This document shows positions 58,891-64,000 of a stretch of 64,000 nt of DNA, one piece after another. Made by a program: the position numbers and the translations under genes. The notes beneath the pieces were generated by a model. The model was not told where the DNA came from, did not search any database, and was given only the letters and a program-made list of their open reading frames with translations. Each line of letters starts with the position of its first letter. Position 1 is the stretch's first letter. The stretch comes from Chrysemys picta bellii (taxonomy: Eukaryota), in assembly GCF_011386835.1 (NCBI RefSeq), contig NC_088800.1:80104001-80168000 (forward strand). The letters run 5' to 3'.

Positions 58891-59344
58891 ATATCTTTTG
58901 AAAGCCACATGCTGCATTCAAAACATGAATACAGAGATCCTCCATGTGATGGTCATCAGAGGTTTACTCTGCAGCCGGCCCTATTCCAGGTGCAGCTTTT
59001 TTGAGGTGGCTGCTCCTCAAGTCTATGTGTTATTGCTCTCAGTGACTCAAGAGGGGTGGCGGGGAGAGGAGGAGGTTTGCTGGCTTCATTTAACAAGAGA
59101 TTGATTTAAATTCCCACTCCTGTGGGGACAGACTTTTGGGGCCTGCTCACCACCCATTGAAGCTACTCCAAGCCTTTCGTGTTTGCTACTGACAACCAGG
59201 AAGACCATCTGGGTGTGTTTAAATAACCTCCAGGGTCCGGTGGTTCTTCGCCTTATGTAAAGCTCTGCAGCAATCTCTGAGCTAGATTTACTCCGAACAG
59301 ATTTGTTTCCTCAGTCTTCATTAAAGGAATGAGCGTGCTTTGCC

Positions 59345-59515
59345 TTTATGTAATACCTCCCACCTGAGGATCTGCAAGCACTGTACAGATGTGGGAACTA
59401 ATGGTTCTTGCTTTGCAGATGTTATGAGGCCAAGAGGTCAAACAACTTGCCCCCAGTCATACAGTGAGGAATAGAGCCCAGATCCTTGCTTCCCAGTCTC
59501 CTGCGCTAAACACCG
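59345..59515 (-). mobile_element. MIR/CORE-like SINE
   Basis: gaggccaagaggtcaaacaacttgcccccagtcatacagtgaggaatagagcccagatcc...ctgcgctaaacac. Confidence 0.65.
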
Positions 59516-62500
59516 CAGGCTTCTTGGGTCCCAGTCATCTCACTCAGACCACTGCAGCTCCATCAACCCCAGTGAAGTTACTCCTGATTTACACCAGTGT
59601 GAGAAGAGAATCGGGCCCTTTTCTGTTCTTTTTTTGTTTAAACGCATACAAAAAAGACCAAGAGGAGCATTGGCAGCACTGGGATAGCAGGGGCTGCTGC
59701 AGGTGGGTGGGTTTTCCCGAAGGCCCAGTGTGATATCGGTGCGTCTGGATATAGGTGAGTAGGGAGCTCATAGAGAAGGTGCCAATAGATGGGGCTGGAG
59801 AATATGTAACGTAGTTCCTGGGTTTTCTAGGCTCAAGAAAACGTGTGCGTTGCAAATGGCTTCCTCTGGCCACACGTTATATTGGTGCTGAACACCTGAG
59901 AAGCTGCCCAGAAGAGCAATAGATCCAGGCTCTGTCGGTCTGAGGCTAGGGGCCAGATTCTCAGCTCCGTGTAGCTATTTACACCAGCTGAGGATTTGAA
60001 CCCCGTTGCCACCCTAGGTTAACGCGGCGGGGAGGCATTTGAAACAGGACAGCCCTCGAGCACTGGAGGCTGTGGCCAAAGTGAAATGAGTCGGGTGCTT
60101 TCGGGCAGGTCTCTAGCAGAGACTTGCCAGTATCAGAACATCAGCGCCCATTGGGGGCACAATTCAATATGGGGTCTGTGTTCCAGGGAGGCCAGAACTC
60201 GAATGCTTTGGGTCAGGAGCAAGGTGCATTATCAGAGCTGTGTTTGGATCCCAGGGCTGGACTAGCAGAGGGGGACTGCAGGTCAGGACAGGCATCCACA
60301 GAGTTGGGCGGGTGGTGTTCACGTGCCACTCTACCTGACCCCGCTCCATTAAACGCCAGCCTTTTCTTAGCATGAACACTAAAATGCAACGGAGCTGTTC
60401 TGTAGCCATGGTTCCATGCTCTTGCGCACTGAGCCCTACCAGCCCTGGGACGGGTTCCTTTGGCAGGTTATTAGTCCTTTACCGGGTATTTGTTTAAGAA
60501 GATTAGCCCAGTGGAGAAGTGTGTGATTTTGGATTATGGCTTTGAGTCTTTCCATTTAATTCCTGCTACAGTGCATCTGGTTCTGCAGCAAGGGGGACCT
60601 TCAGCATTTCCCCTCTCTCCCTTTCAGAGTCACCTCCCCTGCTCTGATAGCATCATGCTTAAAGACCCTTCTTGTCACGGGGAGGTAGGTTTTATGATGA
60701 GTAAATATAACCAGCCGAACTTCAGCCCAGATCTCAAACCAGAGCTTTTCTTTAGGTTCATTTAAGTCTTGTGTCCCCGTCCCACCAGCCAACCCCAACC
60801 CTCCTCGTTCCTCTTCGCCAGGAGTCTGCTATTCCCAGCCCCTAATGTCCTTTTCTACAGTTTCCAACGAGTGAGAGACCCCCAAGCATCTGCTCAAAGC
60901 ATATCTGCCAGGAGGCATCCGCTACCAACAGGGGACCAGCCCAGCTGCCGCGTGGGAACACCTCATTCTAATCTACTTTATTGCATTCGGTATCCACCAC
61001 TTCCCCAGCCCCTGTTTGCATCCCAGCCGAGTCAGGACCTTGTTCACAGGTGAACCCCAGGGCACTGAGGTTGATGCAACTTTCACTTTCTTCCAGGCCT
61101 CCTGGCATGTGAGTTTCCCCAACTCAGGCCCAGTGGGCCCACTTCAGATGCAAATGACTGTACTTGCTGGTAAGAGGGCCTGAGTTGAAGGGGAGTTTAA
61201 TTCCTATGCTATGGGGGGCTGGATCCTTGGATCCTTCTTGGCAAGTTTCTGCAGACTCCCTGGGTGGGAGGAGCCAGTTATAATCCTAAAGGAAGGATAT
61301 AGGGAAAATAGGATCGAACCCTAGTAGCCTCACTAACTTCAGTGGGAGCTGAGGGCATCCAGCACCTTCTAGGGCGGGACCCCCAGTGTGCTGTCCCAAA
61401 ACTATCCCCGTGGATCAGGTTAATAAAGGAGACCATGTACTGAGAAAAAAATTCAGTGATCAGGATTCGTTTCCAGCATAACATCTGATTAGTAACCACC
61501 TGGTTCTCGCCTAGAGCTTTCATCCAGGCCTACAACATAGGTAACCCACTGGCGAGTGTGTGGTATAGGGACCCCGCTGTGTCGACCCACAGAGGATATG
61601 AGTTGTTCCCCCCACTACCACTCAGACAACCATAGCTCTTTAGCTCAAACTGTAGCAGCTCATGCTTTAAGCTCTGGAGGTTCCTCCGTTCCAACCGTGG
61701 TAGGTCAGCCACGCGGGCAGCCATCGTACCTACAGAGCCGAATTCGTCCCTGGTGTAGCCAGTGAGCTCTCTGTTTCCACGCGATCAGGAGCGGGGTTGT
61801 CAAGAGTCTCCCAATTGCGGATTCTGTGTCCCAACACTGCTCCTCTGGCGCACTAAATGGCCCGCTCGTGTGGCCCCCCTCAGGACCCAGACGAGGCGTG
61901 GGTGGTGAGATGCCCCACTCACCGTCTCCTGGCATCAGAGAGGATCAGCCAGAGCAGGGACATGTTCCCTCCTGCTGCCCGCAGCAGAAGCCCAAGACCA
62001 GATCAAGTGGGACTCGGCTACTAGCTGAAGAGGAGACAACCAAGCAGCACATTCCAGGAGGGGTTTCTTAGTGGACTGAGGCAGATGTGCTGTGGATTGA
62101 CTGGTGCTGGAGGATATGTGCTCTCTTTTTAAAAAGGGCACCAGCTGGGAGCAATTTTGGGACCCTTGAAGTGCGATTCCTTGGCGGGGAAGGTCCCGGG
62201 TTCTTAGGCAAGCTTCAGGAGCGCACAGCCCTGCGAGCAGCGCTTTATAAATTTTACATCACCTCAGCTATGTATAGCTTCCCTCGCAGAGAGACAGACA
62301 GTTCAAAGCCCTCGTCAGGAGCAGCTGGGGGAGCAAAAGGAGAGCAAACCCGCGGAGCACGCCTGCTGCAATGGGTCTGTTGTTTCCCGGGCCCTGCAGC
62401 TAGGCCGCAGGCAGGACCTCTGGGTGGAATCCACCCCCTGTGCAGAGGATCTCTGTGCTGTTTAAGTAGTCTGAGAGCCCCGGCCGAAGGGTCGATAGAG

Positions 62501-62699
62501 ATCGTATCGTGAACTGGCTAATGTGCGTCTGAGCTCACTGCTGAATGGAAGCAGCACTCCACTGTGTGTCCTAGCCCCTGTACTGCTAGCATTAGATCCG
62601 TTTGTCATTCACACACACTCAGTCATAGCACACAGAGAACTGGGGTCACAGCTGCAGCCGCCGACTGCTTAAAAGTCTTTCTGATGAAGGGAGCCAGCA

Positions 62700-62753
62700 G
62701 TGACCTCCCCATTTCGCCGGCCCCTGGTGACCTCCCCATTTCGCCGGCCCCTG
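62700..62753. repeat. Perfect 27-bp tandem duplication
   Basis: (gtgacctccccatttcgccggcccctg)x2. Confidence 0.95.
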
Positions 62754-62998
62754 GAACTCCGAACCCTCAAAGCGTGGGGAGGAGGCAGAAGGGGAGTTTT
62801 CCTCTAGAACCGGCCTGTCCAAGGCTGGGCGACCCTACATAACAAACCTAGGGCGCTCGGCTGCTCTGTGATTCCTGGATTGCCAGCAGGACCCAAGCAG
62901 GATAGACGAGTACACAGCTTCAGGGTTCCTCTCCTGGCTGTTCTTGGAAGCAGGCAGTTGTCTGACAATCCTGCTCTCAGCATCCAAGGGTAGAGGAG

Positions 62999-63121
62999 TA
63001 CGGTGACCAGACAGCAAATGTGAAAAATCAGGACAGGGGGTGGGAGGTAATAGGTGCCTATATAATAAAAGCCCCAAATATCGGGACTGTCCCTATAAAA
63101 TCAGGACATCTGCTCACCCTA
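62999..63121 (-). mobile_element. hAT Blackjack-like MITE, 123 bp
   Basis: Ends TACGGTGACCAGA / TCTGCTCACCCTA; flanked by GTAGAGGAG on both sides (62990-62998, 63122-63130). Confidence 0.92.
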
Positions 63122-63209
63122 GTAGAGGAGGGACCTGGTGATGGAGGTCAGATGAGGCTCTGACTATGAGGCAGTTGTCTACCCAGGAGCCATGGCCAGG
63201 TGTCCTGAT

Positions 63210-63626
63210 CAGGGCCGACTCTAGGATTTTTGCCGCCCCAAGCGAAAACAATTTTGGCCGCCCCCCCCCCCATTTTTTTCTTACCCCACCCCCGGCCCCG
63301 CCTCAACTCCGCCCCTTCCCCAAATCCCCAGCCCTGCCTCCTCCCCCCAGGCTCTCAAGCCTAGGAGAGAGGGAGGGAGAGGGAGAGGGAGAGGGAGAGG
63401 GAGAAGCAGCGCGTGCGCCGCGGCCACTCAGGGTCTCCCCCTCCCTCCTGGGTTTGAGAGCCTGGGAGGGAGGGCGAGCAGCGGCGCGCGAGCGGCAGCA
63501 GCGGAGGTGAGTTAGGGCGGCCGGGGCACATTTTTAGGGGCGGCATGGCCCACGCCAGAATGCCGCCCCTAAAAATGTGCCGCCCCAAGCACCAGCTTGT
63601 TTTGCTGGTGCCTAGAGCCGGCCCTG
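63210..63626. mobile_element. GC-rich hAT non-autonomous element, 417 bp, with internal (GGGAGA)5
   Basis: Ends CAGGGCCGACTCTAG / CTAGAGCCGGCCCTG; perfect TSD GTCCTGAT at 63202-63209 and 63627-63634. Confidence 0.93.
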
Positions 63627-64000
63627 GTCCTGATTTGTCCAGTCCCTGACTGAAAGGTAAAGCACAGAACCCACCCTAGCTATTGGCAATAGCTGACCTC
63701 CTCCTCAGCAATCCTCTGCAAAGGGCTCGAAGGACAGCAAGAGCCCCGGAGTCTGGCCTAACCTCTTCTGCTAGCTTTGGTCTGGGGGAGCTGGTAACGC
63801 TGCTAGATCATCTCAATCTTTCTGGCTGTCAAAGGGGATTTGTTCTCCAGTGCTAAGTAACAAACCCTGTCAAAACCACGCTGAGATAATCAGAGCATTG
63901 AGTATCTCTGGAAGTCTTCCGTCCTGCCCCTCCGGCGCCCCCACCTCCACCCCTCCCCAGCCAAAGCCCACTTCTCAGATAACAATGCCTGTGTTTGTCT

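Noticed and set aside
57361-58906. ctttgaaagc repeated before the hAT element and after the outer LTR as a long TSD
   Set aside because: Offset from the element ends and imperfect; does not fit an 8-bp or 4-6-bp duplication, so treated as coincidence.
1-64000. Known microRNA, snRNA, or non-retroviral endogenous viral sequence
   Set aside because: I recognised none by eye and no ORF resembled a viral protein. An Infernal/Rfam scan and tBLASTn against viral proteins would be needed to exclude them properly.

Overview
Non-coding vertebrate DNA, almost certainly from a turtle. The evidence is a full-length tRNA-head/CR1-tail SINE of the tortoise Pol III type, PsCR1-like LINE 3' ends and turtle-type Penelope fragments. 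I recognise no protein-coding exon, tRNA or rRNA gene, or CRISPR array, so the window looks intergenic or deep intronic. The only ORFs with recognisable homology are dead CR1 ORF2 fragments, and the 517-aa ORF is a 75-bp minisatellite read in frame. The window is a TE mosaic. It holds at least 7 CR1 fragments, many MIR/CORE-like SINEs and a 5S-derived SINE relic. It also holds 4-5 LTR remnants (two nested complexes), over a dozen hAT-type non-autonomous elements (many with readable 8-bp TSDs) and Harbinger-type MITEs. The most interesting signal is three fold-back Penelope-derived inserts carrying minimal type-I hammerhead ribozyme motifs. One has a canonical CUGAUGA core and landed exactly in the TATA box of an LTR. 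Several TE-free, CpG-retaining patches are candidate regulatory elements, the best at about 30.3-30.9 kb. Repeat family names come from memory of consensus sequences, not from a database search.
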